DNA from: Nitrososphaerota archaeon
Lineage (GTDB): Archaea; Thermoproteota; Nitrososphaeria; Nitrososphaerales; Nitrosopumilaceae
Assembly: GCA_002317795.1 (NCBI GenBank)
Contig: NVWC01000004.1
Span: 54,454-98,998, forward strand
Length of the DNA stretch: 44,545 nucleotides
Reading direction: 5' to 3'
Shown here: positions 15,995-23,733 of the stretch, piece after piece
How the letters are laid out: the number at the start of each line of letters is the position of its first letter
How positions within the stretch are numbered: position 1 is the stretch's first letter
Notes under the pieces: model-generated
Database searches by the model: none
Told to the model about the DNA's origin: nothing
Seen by the model: the letters and a program-made list of their open reading frames with translations, nothing else
Program-made: the position numbers and the translations under genes

Positions 15995-17869
15995 TTAGAA
16001 AGACGTTATATTGTTTGCTAGTGATTCTGATGCACTACCATGATTTACAAGATATTTTTTCAAAAAGATTTGTCCATTAGCAATCAGTTTTGAACAAAAG
16101 TCATCATTAAACAATACATCATTTAGAATTTTATCAATAGGTTCTTTGTCAGATATTGATAAAATTGCATTATCTTTATCAAATTGAAAATCATATGATT
16201 TATCATCTAAAACAATGTTAACTACAGGTTTTTTCATAACTAATCCTTCTAGCATGACTGTAGAAGTATCAAAACTTTCTGGACTAATATTTACTAATAC
16301 ATTACATGAATCAATTAAATCAATTATTGGTTTCACATGATAAATTGGAATTTTTGGATCTATGTCATGAAACACATCAGTCATAAAACTTTCATATTCA
16401 TCTTGGCCTGGATGTAATTTAACAACTACTTCAACATTAGGAATTTTTTTTACAACATTATAAAAAGATCTTAAAAAATTCTCCAATCGCAGATAAAGAT
16501 GTGTGTCACCAAAAGCAGATAAATTTGTTATTGGATGAGGCGTAATAAGAATAATTTTTTTTTGCTGCATTGGAGAAAGTTGCCTATTAAAAAAAGAATC
16601 ATGTCTTGGACTACCTGAAACTAAAATCTTATCAGGATTAAATTGATGTTGAGTAAGAAGATAGTTTTTTTGAATATCACCCCATACTGCTATTTGATCT
16701 TTTAATAATGAATACATATGAAAAATATCAAATTTTTTCAATTCTGGTGTATGATTTGCAAATCCATGTTCTAAAAGAACAAATGGGATTTGATGTTTAT
16801 TAATTGCAAGAAAAGATTTCTCAGTTTCTCCAACAACATTCAATCCAATAACACAACTTAGATTGGATTGTTTAACAATATTCTTAGAAGCTACTAAAAG
16901 TGAAATATATTCATGAAATCTTTTCTTGTACGTTTCAATGAGAGTATCTTTTATACAAGACCAAAATGAAACTCCTTCCATACAAAATATAGTATTAAAA
17001 ATTACATCATCTGAAAATAGGTATTCTAATTTTTCATTAGAGGTTTGAGTAACAGAAAGTATTTTTTCCTTTTCATTCTTTGAAATAATTTTTTGAAAAT
17101 CTAGAATTTTTGATCCAGAATTCAATAAAGATTTTATTGATTTTATGCTCCAAAGTGAAGTTCTTCGTCGATTTAGAATCAAAATATTGACATTATGCGT
17201 TCCCAAATGGTAAAGTAAGTCATCATATTGAGAAGGATCAAATTCCAATAATAGAATAGTGTTTTTTTTATTATCAAACTTGAAGGATAGCTTTAGAAAT
17301 TTTGTTAGTATTGATTCCAACAAATAAACAAAATTTTGATAATATTTTCTACCAATGTGAAAAGAAATAGGAATAAAACCAATATTGAATTTTATTTGTA
17401 TTTTATCCCAGGGTAGACGATATTTTTCATTGTGCCCAATTACATGGATATTAATTTTTTGATCTTTCGTAAGAGCACGTATTATTTTACTTAGAGTGTT
17501 TGTTACAAAAATTTTAGTTGGTTTTTCTTTTTCAAGAATCCTCTTTATCAATAAAAAATTGAATAAATTAGTGATCAGTAAATGATGAAGTTCAGCAGTA
17601 TCTAACAATTCTAAAAGATTTACATTTTCAAATTCTATTTGTTTTGAAATTGAGTCATCATCATACCATCTATACAGATTTAATGTGAAATCATAAATTT
17701 TTAATCTATCATCAGAGCTCAAATATGTTTCAGCTATTTCATGAGTGATTTTTTCTTTTTCAAGAGTTTTGTGAACCGTTATGTTAAAAGAAAAAATTTT
17801 TGATTGTGATGAATTAAGATTTTTTTTATGTATTCCATAAATGTTGTCTAAAAAAGTTAGTTTAGTCAT
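15995..17869 (-). CDS. Large uncharacterised protein with GT-B/TagF-like C-terminal domain; putative glycan transferase
   Basis: 624 aa. The C-terminal 'ILITPHP...VVVKLHPGQDE...VNISPESFDTSTVMLEGLVMKKPVVNI' resembles the C-terminus of the 507-aa protein at 8793-10316. The N-terminal ~400 aa show no motif I recognise. Confidence 0.3.
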   Translation of the reverse strand: MTKLTFLDNIYGIHKKNLNSSQSKIFSFNITVHKTLEKEKITHEIAETYLSSDDRLKIYDFTLNLYRWYDDDSISKQIEFENVNLLELLDTAELHHLLITNLFNFLLIKRILEKEKPTKIFVTNTLSKIIRALTKDQKINIHVIGHNEKYRLPWDKIQIKFNIGFIPISFHIGRKYYQNFVYLLESILTKFLKLSFKFDNKKNTILLLEFDPSQYDDLLYHLGTHNVNILILNRRRTSLWSIKSIKSLLNSGSKILDFQKIISKNEKEKILSVTQTSNEKLEYLFSDDVIFNTIFCMEGVSFWSCIKDTLIETYKKRFHEYISLLVASKNIVKQSNLSCVIGLNVVGETEKSFLAINKHQIPFVLLEHGFANHTPELKKFDIFHMYSLLKDQIAVWGDIQKNYLLTQHQFNPDKILVSGSPRHDSFFNRQLSPMQQKKIILITPHPITNLSAFGDTHLYLRLENFLRSFYNVVKKIPNVEVVVKLHPGQDEYESFMTDVFHDIDPKIPIYHVKPIIDLIDSCNVLVNISPESFDTSTVMLEGLVMKKPVVNIVLDDKSYDFQFDKDNAILSISDKEPIDKILNDVLFNDDFCSKLIANGQIFLKKYLVNHGSASESLANNITSF

Positions 17870-17983
17870 TTTCTATCGTATCAATATATCTCATCTATTT
17901 GTCAATTTCTAAGTTTTTTATTTCAATACGCCTAACAATAAAAAATTATAATGTTTTTTATGGAAGTGTAAAAAATTACTCCC

Positions 17984-18988
17984 ATGTTTGATGGTAAAAC
18001 CATTCTAATAACTGGTGGAACAGGCTCTCTTGGTTCTGCATTAACAAAAAGACTGCTCAAAGAAAAAGTAGCAAAAATCCGAATTTTCAGTAGGGATGAA
18101 TTGAAACAAGTCAACATGAAATCTCAGTTACCAGATAAAAGGCTAAGATTTTTGATAGGCGATATTAGAGATAAAGATAGATTATACAGGGCAATGGAGA
18201 ATGTTGATATTGTTTTTCATGCTGCTGCACTTAAACAAGTTCCAGTGGCAGAATACAATCCATTTGAATTTGTTAAAACAAATGTAAATGGTGCCCAAAA
18301 TGTAATTGATTCTTGTCTTGATAATAAAGTTGAATTAGCTTTAGCTATTGGAACTGACAAAGCAGTTTCTCCATCAACTACATATGGTGCAACAAAACTT
18401 CTAATGGAAAGATTATTTCTGTCAGCTAATTTTTACAGAGGTGATAGAAAAACAAAGTTTGTTTGTGTAAGATATGGAAATGTTTTAGGAAGCAGAGGTT
18501 CAATATTTCCAGTATTTGTTGAAAATATTATTTCAAAAGGAAAAATACCAATAACAGATCCAACTATGACACGATTTAATATTACCATGACGCAAGCTAT
18601 TGATTTAATTTTTAGAGCTGTTAAACATGGTTCAGGTGGTGAAGTATTTGTTCCAAAATTAAAAGCATTTACAGTAGAAGAAATGAAAAATGCAATAATA
18701 GAACTACTGAATAAAAAAGCTAAAACAATAAAAATTCCCGTCAGGGTTGGAGAAAAATATCATGAAATATTAATTAGTAAACATGAAATTAGAAATACAT
18801 ATGAATCAAAAGATGATTACATTGTTTACAATTTTGGTGGGGAAGGATTAGATGAAAAGAAAAAAATACCTTTCAAGAAAACTAAACTAAATAAAGAATA
18901 TTCATCAGATAGTACTAAATTATTTACAAAAAATGAACTTAAATCAATAATTACAAAAGAAGGAATCTTATCTGATTTTAAGATTTGA
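17984..18988 (+). CDS. pseB: UDP-N-acetylglucosamine 4,6-dehydratase (PseB/FlaA1/CapD-like extended SDR)
   Basis: 334 aa. The N-terminus 'MFDGKTILITGGTGSLGSAL', 'FHAAALKQVP' and catalytic 'YGATK' are typical of PseB/FlaA1. Confidence 0.7.
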   Translation: MFDGKTILITGGTGSLGSALTKRLLKEKVAKIRIFSRDELKQVNMKSQLPDKRLRFLIGDIRDKDRLYRAMENVDIVFHAAALKQVPVAEYNPFEFVKTNVNGAQNVIDSCLDNKVELALAIGTDKAVSPSTTYGATKLLMERLFLSANFYRGDRKTKFVCVRYGNVLGSRGSIFPVFVENIISKGKIPITDPTMTRFNITMTQAIDLIFRAVKHGSGGEVFVPKLKAFTVEEMKNAIIELLNKKAKTIKIPVRVGEKYHEILISKHEIRNTYESKDDYIVYNFGGEGLDEKKKIPFKKTKLNKEYSSDSTKLFTKNELKSIITKEGILSDFKI

Positions 18989-19430
18989 CTTTCCACTTTG
19001 ACCAATCATAATCAGAAAACTCTACATTTTCCATTTCATTATCATTTGGTTGCCAGGCGATATTTGTTAATGTCAAAATTCTTGAGGTAGAATCAGATAT
19101 GTTAATGTGTGCTGATGGAAAATTTTTAGGTACAAATATGATCACTGGGTTTTCTGCATCAGATTCAATTTCCTGAAATCCATCATCGGTTTTAATAATA
19201 AAAACAACTTTGCCATGAATACATGTAAAATAACTGTCTCTTCTTTTATGAAGATGAGGTCCTTTTATTTCTCCAGATTTAACAGAACTGACATAAACCA
19301 TTTTTGGTTCAGTTTTGATAATATCGTCATAGTCCCTCCAGATGACAGTCAAAGAGCCATTCACATGAGAATCTTTGATATCTGTAGTAGGATGTTTTTC
19401 TAATTTGAAAACAGTTGGAATTTCTGCCAT
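18978..19430 (-). CDS. Cupin-fold sugar-nucleotide epimerase/ketoisomerase-like protein (RmlC/WxcM/FdtA-like)
   Basis: 150 aa. Cupin core 'GEIKGPHLHKRRDSYFTCIHGKVVFII'. Specificity cannot be determined. Confidence 0.45.
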   Translation of the reverse strand: MAEIPTVFKLEKHPTTDIKDSHVNGSLTVIWRDYDDIIKTEPKMVYVSSVKSGEIKGPHLHKRRDSYFTCIHGKVVFIIKTDDGFQEIESDAENPVIIFVPKNFPSAHINISDSTSRILTLTNIAWQPNDNEMENVEFSDYDWSKWKVKS

Positions 19431-19521
19431 ATTTTAGAATTCAGATTGGACAATAAAAATATGCATAACAATAGTTGCCAATATTAGAACATTTTTTAAT
19501 ATAAACAGCATCTGAATCATA

Positions 19522-20508
19522 TTGAAATTATTAGTTACTGGTGGTTTGGGTTTTATCGGGAGTAATTTTATCTTAAAAACATTAGAAAAGAACAAGGACT
19601 GGGAAATAATCAATATTGACGATAAACTGTATGGTTCCAATTCAAAAAGTCTGGAAAAAATTGAAAAATCAAATAGATATGAATTTGTTAAAGGAAATAT
19701 CACAAATAAAGAGATTTTAGATAAAACAATGATAAAATGTGATGCTGTAATTAATTTTGCAGCAGAATCTTTTGTGGATAGAAGCATATCAGATGCAACA
19801 TCATCTTTTGATTCTAATCTTAAAGGAATTTTTATTTTATTAGAATTAATTAAGAAATATAAAAAAAGACTAGTTCAAGTTTCAACAGATGAAGTTTTTG
19901 GAAGTTTAGACAAAGGAAGTGCAAATGAAATTTTCCGTTTTAATCCTTCTAGTCCATATTCTGCAACTAAAGCAGGAGCTGAATTATTGGTAAATTCATA
20001 CTTCATAACATATGGCTGTAATTGTGTTATCACACGATGTACTAATAATTATGGACCGAGACAATTTCCTGAGAAATTAATTCCAAAAATAATTCTTTTA
20101 GCAGAACAAGGGAAAAAAATTCCAATTTATGGAACTGGTACTAATATTCGAGATTGGATTTTTGTTGATGATCATTGTGATGCAGTGTTCAACGTATTAA
20201 ATAATGGTAAAGCAGGTGAATCATACAATATTTCAGCAGATAACGAAATTAGTAATATATCAATTGTAAAAAAAATTTTGGCTTTGATGAATAAATCAGA
20301 AGATTTGATGGAATTTGTTGAAGATCGTCCAGGCCATGATTTTAGATATAGTATGGATTCTTCCAAGATAAGATCTGAATTGGGTTGGAAAAATAAAGTG
20401 AAATTTGATGATGGTTTAAAAAAGACAGTTAATTGGTACCTGTCAAATAATGATTGGTGGAAAAATATAGTTAAAGATTCTCTAAATCAGACGCCCTGGA
20501 AAAACTAA
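19522..20508 (+). CDS. rfbB: dTDP-glucose 4,6-dehydratase (copy 1)
   Basis: 328 aa with a TTG start. Motifs 'MKLLVTGGLGFIGSNF', 'STDEVFG', 'YSATKAGAE', 'RCTNNYGPRQFPEKLIP' and 'RPGHDFRYS'. Confidence 0.9.
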   Translation: MKLLVTGGLGFIGSNFILKTLEKNKDWEIINIDDKLYGSNSKSLEKIEKSNRYEFVKGNITNKEILDKTMIKCDAVINFAAESFVDRSISDATSSFDSNLKGIFILLELIKKYKKRLVQVSTDEVFGSLDKGSANEIFRFNPSSPYSATKAGAELLVNSYFITYGCNCVITRCTNNYGPRQFPEKLIPKIILLAEQGKKIPIYGTGTNIRDWIFVDDHCDAVFNVLNNGKAGESYNISADNEISNISIVKKILALMNKSEDLMEFVEDRPGHDFRYSMDSSKIRSELGWKNKVKFDDGLKKTVNWYLSNNDWWKNIVKDSLNQTPWKN

Positions 20509-20545
20509 CCTGAAATTATTAATATTAATAAAAATTCATCTTCAT

Positions 20546-21610
20546 ATGAAAGGAATTCTTCTTCATGGAGGTCATGGAACTAGATTAAGGCCACTAACTC
20601 ATACTGGTCCAAAGCAGTTACTACCAATTGCAAATAAACCCATGTCAGAATATTGTATTGAATCAATGAAGGAAGCAGGAGTCAAAGATATTGTAATTAT
20701 CATAGGAGGTATTGGTTCACAAAAAGTAAAAGACTATTATGGAAATGGCGAAAAATTTGGTGTCAACATTAGTTATATTCATCAGGATTTTCCTCGTGGA
20801 ATATCACATGCAATTAGTTTATGTGAAGATTTTATTGGTGATGAAAAATTTCTTGTTTTCTTGGGAGACAATATCATTCAAAAATCAATAAGTGTATTTG
20901 GAATGGAGTTTGAAAAATCTAATGCTGCTGCATCAATTCTTTTGTGTGAAGTGGATAATCCCAATAGGTTTGGAATTGCTGACATTAAAGATGGTAAAAT
21001 CAAGAAGATTGTTGAAAAACCTAAAGAGCCTCCAACAAATTTAGCTGTAACTGGAATTTATTTTTTGACACCAGTAATTTTTGATATTATTAAAAGATTA
21101 AAACCATCTTGGAGAAATGAATTAGAGATAACAGATGCGTTAGATATGTTATTGAATGAAAACCATATAATTACTTACAACATGATTACTGATTACTGGA
21201 AAGATACTGGTACTCCTGAAGATATAATTCATGCAAATAAAACCATTTTAGAAAATTTATCTGCAGATTTTAGAGGTAAAATGGAATCTACTGTTTCTTT
21301 AGAAGGTAATGTATCAGTTGGAAATGATACTTTGATCAAAAATGAAGTGAAAATAAAAGGTCCAGTAATAATTGGAAAAAATTGTGAAATTTATGGTGAT
21401 GCCATAATTGGACCAAATACAAGCATTGGGAATGGATGTATAATTTCAGGAGGGAAAATAAAAGATTCTATAATTATGGATAATTGTGAAATTGGAAAAA
21501 ATGTAAATATAAAAAATAGTATAATTTCATCAAATTCAAGTATAAAACATAATAACACGCAAGATGAGCAAATTTTTCTTTTAGGGGAAGGAACAAAAAT
21601 ATTATTTTAG
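20546..21610 (+). CDS. Glucose-1-phosphate thymidylyltransferase-type sugar-1-P nucleotidyltransferase, long form with C-terminal left-handed beta-helix
   Basis: 354 aa. The N-terminus 'GILLHGGHGTRLRPLTHTGPKQLLPIANKP' is followed by C-terminal hexapeptide repeats (IIGKNCEIYGDAIIGPNTSIGNGCII). Confidence 0.8.
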   Translation: MKGILLHGGHGTRLRPLTHTGPKQLLPIANKPMSEYCIESMKEAGVKDIVIIIGGIGSQKVKDYYGNGEKFGVNISYIHQDFPRGISHAISLCEDFIGDEKFLVFLGDNIIQKSISVFGMEFEKSNAAASILLCEVDNPNRFGIADIKDGKIKKIVEKPKEPPTNLAVTGIYFLTPVIFDIIKRLKPSWRNELEITDALDMLLNENHIITYNMITDYWKDTGTPEDIIHANKTILENLSADFRGKMESTVSLEGNVSVGNDTLIKNEVKIKGPVIIGKNCEIYGDAIIGPNTSIGNGCIISGGKIKDSIIMDNCEIGKNVNIKNSIISSNSSIKHNNTQDEQIFLLGEGTKILF

Positions 21611-21663
21611 CTATTTTTGATTGATGTATTTTTTAATATAAAAGAAATTGGATTTGAGAAGAT

Positions 21664-22722
21664 ATGATTGATGAGCAGGAAAAATCACTTGTAAGTATAA
21701 TTATTTTAAATTATAATGCAGGAGATTTATTGATAAATTGTGTAAAGTCTGTTTTTGAAACAAATTATAAAAATTATGAAGTAATAGTAGTAGACAATAT
21801 TTCTACGGACAATAGTCACAAAAAATGTAAGGAAAGATTTGAAAATATTCAATTAATTGAAAATATAGAAAATTTTGGATATTGTGAAGGAAATAACATA
21901 GGAATTAGAAAAGCTCGAGGAGAATTCATAGTAATTTTAAATCCAGATACAATTGTTGAACCTAATTGGTTAGATGAATTTTTAAAAGCATATTCAAAAT
22001 TTGGTGATGGTCTTTATCAACCAAAAATTCTTTCACTGTATGAAAAAGATGTGTTACAAAGTACAGGAAATATGATACATCTTTTTGGTTTTGGTTTTGC
22101 AAGAGATAAAGGAGTTGTCGATAAAAAACAATATAAAAAAATAGAGAAAATTGGATATGCTTCGGGTACATGTCTTTTTACATCATCTAAAGTTTTTAAC
22201 AAGATAGGACTACTTGATCCTTTTTTGTTTCTTTATCATGATGATTTAGATTTAGGATGGAGAGCAGCACAAATAGGAATTAATTCTTTTTTTGTTCCAA
22301 ATGTTAAAATTTTACATGCTGAAAGTTATATTTTAAAATGGAGTTCAAAGAAATTTTATTGGTTAGAACGTAATAGAAAATATTGTCTTTTAACTCATTT
22401 TTCTAAAGACACATATAAAAAAATGAGATTTAATCTGTTATTAGTTGATTTTTTTGTATGGATTTTTTATATTTCTAAAGGATTTGTAGGTGCTAAAATA
22501 AAAGCAGAATTAGATATTTACAAAAACAAAAAACAAATTGAAAAAAAATATATTGAATTAGAAAGTAAAAAAATTATTCAAGATCATGAATTGATTAAAA
22601 AATTTCCAGATAAAATTTTTGTTCCAAAAAATGTCACTAAAGGTATTATCAATAATTTATTTAATTCAATACTTGAAAAATTAAGTAAAAAAACAAAAGC
22701 AAGTATTTTTCAAAAAAATTAG
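21664..22722 (+). CDS. GT2-family glycosyltransferase (rhamnosyltransferase-like)
   Basis: 352 aa. Motifs 'VSIIILNYNAGD', 'VVDNISTDNS', 'ILNPDT' and a 'DDLDLGWR' DxD-like motif. Confidence 0.8.
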   Translation: MIDEQEKSLVSIIILNYNAGDLLINCVKSVFETNYKNYEVIVVDNISTDNSHKKCKERFENIQLIENIENFGYCEGNNIGIRKARGEFIVILNPDTIVEPNWLDEFLKAYSKFGDGLYQPKILSLYEKDVLQSTGNMIHLFGFGFARDKGVVDKKQYKKIEKIGYASGTCLFTSSKVFNKIGLLDPFLFLYHDDLDLGWRAAQIGINSFFVPNVKILHAESYILKWSSKKFYWLERNRKYCLLTHFSKDTYKKMRFNLLLVDFFVWIFYISKGFVGAKIKAELDIYKNKKQIEKKYIELESKKIIQDHELIKKFPDKIFVPKNVTKGIINNLFNSILEKLSKKTKASIFQKN

Positions 22723-23072
22723 TTTATTAATTCTGAAATAACAATAGCAATTGCATAATTTTTTTCATGACTAATAGATGCACGAAAAATATATTTTTTT
22801 TTGAAATTCAGCAATTCAATATTAGGTTTAGATTGTTTATGTGAAGTTACAATTTTAGAAATATAGATATTTTCATTGATTGATTTTTTGACAGCTTCCT
22901 TTAAAGCAAATTTTCCAGCAAAGTGAGGAGATGGTTTTTTGTATTTTAAACAATAATCAATTTCTGATGGTTGAAAGATTTTATTATATAATCCAGGGGT
23001 TTTTTCATATGAAATTTTTTCAAAATCAGATATATGAGTAATATCGATTCCAATTCCAAGTTTTTCAATCAT
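22719..23072 (-). CDS. acpS: Holo-ACP synthase (AcpS-type 4'-phosphopantetheinyl transferase)
   Basis: 117 aa. Motifs 'LGIGIDITHISDF' and 'FAGKFALKEAVKK'. It is the last gene of the FkbH-ACP-MaoC-AcpS operon. Confidence 0.75.
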   Translation of the reverse strand: MIEKLGIGIDITHISDFEKISYEKTPGLYNKIFQPSEIDYCLKYKKPSPHFAGKFALKEAVKKSINENIYISKIVTSHKQSKPNIELLNFKKKYIFRASISHEKNYAIAIVISELIN

Positions 23073-23075
23073 TTT

Positions 23076-23501
23076 TTATCTAACAATGACTTTTGCCACA
23101 CCATCAATTAAACAGGTTCCAGATTCATTTAGAATAGAAGTAGAAATAGAAATAATTCTTGTTGAACTACTCTTCTCAGTCACTTTACCTATAACTTGAA
23201 TTTTATCATCAATATAACAAGGTGAACGAAAGTTTAGAGTTTGTGAAAAATAAAGAGCATTTTTTCCAGGTAATTTCATGCCTATTAATTGTGAGAAAAA
23301 AGAAGCTAGCAACATTCCATGTACAATTCTTTTTCCATATGTACTTGAAACTGCATATTCATCATTCATGTGTAATGGATTCAAATCTCCAGAAAAGTTA
23401 CTAAATTCATCAACCATAGATTCAGTAATTTTTTTTGAAAAACTTTCTTTTTGTCCAATGAATATATCATCAAATGATAACTCATTTGCAATTTCAGTCA
23501 T
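23076..23501 (-). CDS. MaoC-like (R)-specific hydratase/dehydratase (hot-dog fold)
   Basis: 141 aa. Hydratase-2 core 'FSGDLNPLHMNDEYA' and 'IVHGML'. Confidence 0.8.
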   Translation of the reverse strand: MTEIANELSFDDIFIGQKESFSKKITESMVDEFSNFSGDLNPLHMNDEYAVSSTYGKRIVHGMLLASFFSQLIGMKLPGKNALYFSQTLNFRSPCYIDDKIQVIGKVTEKSSSTRIISISTSILNESGTCLIDGVAKVIVR

Positions 23502-23733
23502 TAAAATTTACACCGTGGTTTTGTAAGTGACGTTTTATATCAGATACATTTTTGACATCCATTGCTTCATCAATAGAAAATTTAACATCAAAATTAGTTT
23601 CCAATTCATCTAACAAAACATATCCATTAAAAGATGTCCAATTTGAAATAGACGTAGGACTTGATTCATCATTTATTTCTTCTATGTTAATGTTCATTAC
23701 TTTTGAAATAATTTTATATAATTTTTCAGCCAT
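23494..23733 (-). CDS. Acyl carrier protein (stand-alone PP-binding domain)
   Basis: 79 aa and acidic. The candidate attachment Ser lies in 'NWTSFNGYVLLDELE' (a DSL-like position), followed by helix III 'SIDEAMDV'. Its start overlaps the FkbH stop (TAATG). Confidence 0.7.
   Translation of the reverse strand: MAEKLYKIISKVMNINIEEINDESSPTSISNWTSFNGYVLLDELETNFDVKFSIDEAMDVKNVSDIKRHLQNHGVNFND

Noticed and set aside
17932-18117. 61-aa minus-strand ORF overlapping the pseB-like start
   Set aside because: It is antisense to the conserved 'ILITGGTGSLGS' region and is a shadow ORF.
19431-19521. TATA/BRE-like strings (e.g. TTTAATATAAA at 19495-19505) in this and other divergent intergenic regions as promoter calls. 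Also the 117-aa track ORF 19434-19787.
   Set aside because: At 10-25% GC, TATA-like words occur everywhere, and the spacing to the start codons is ambiguous. I cannot support individual promoter calls without TSS data. The ORF is antisense to the rfbB 5' end and hydrophobic low-complexity.
18978-21610. A complete dTDP-L-rhamnose (rmlABCD) operon
   Set aside because: RmlA-like and RmlB genes are present. The cupin is only loosely RmlC-like, and no RmlD-type reductase is seen, so a rhamnose call is not supported.
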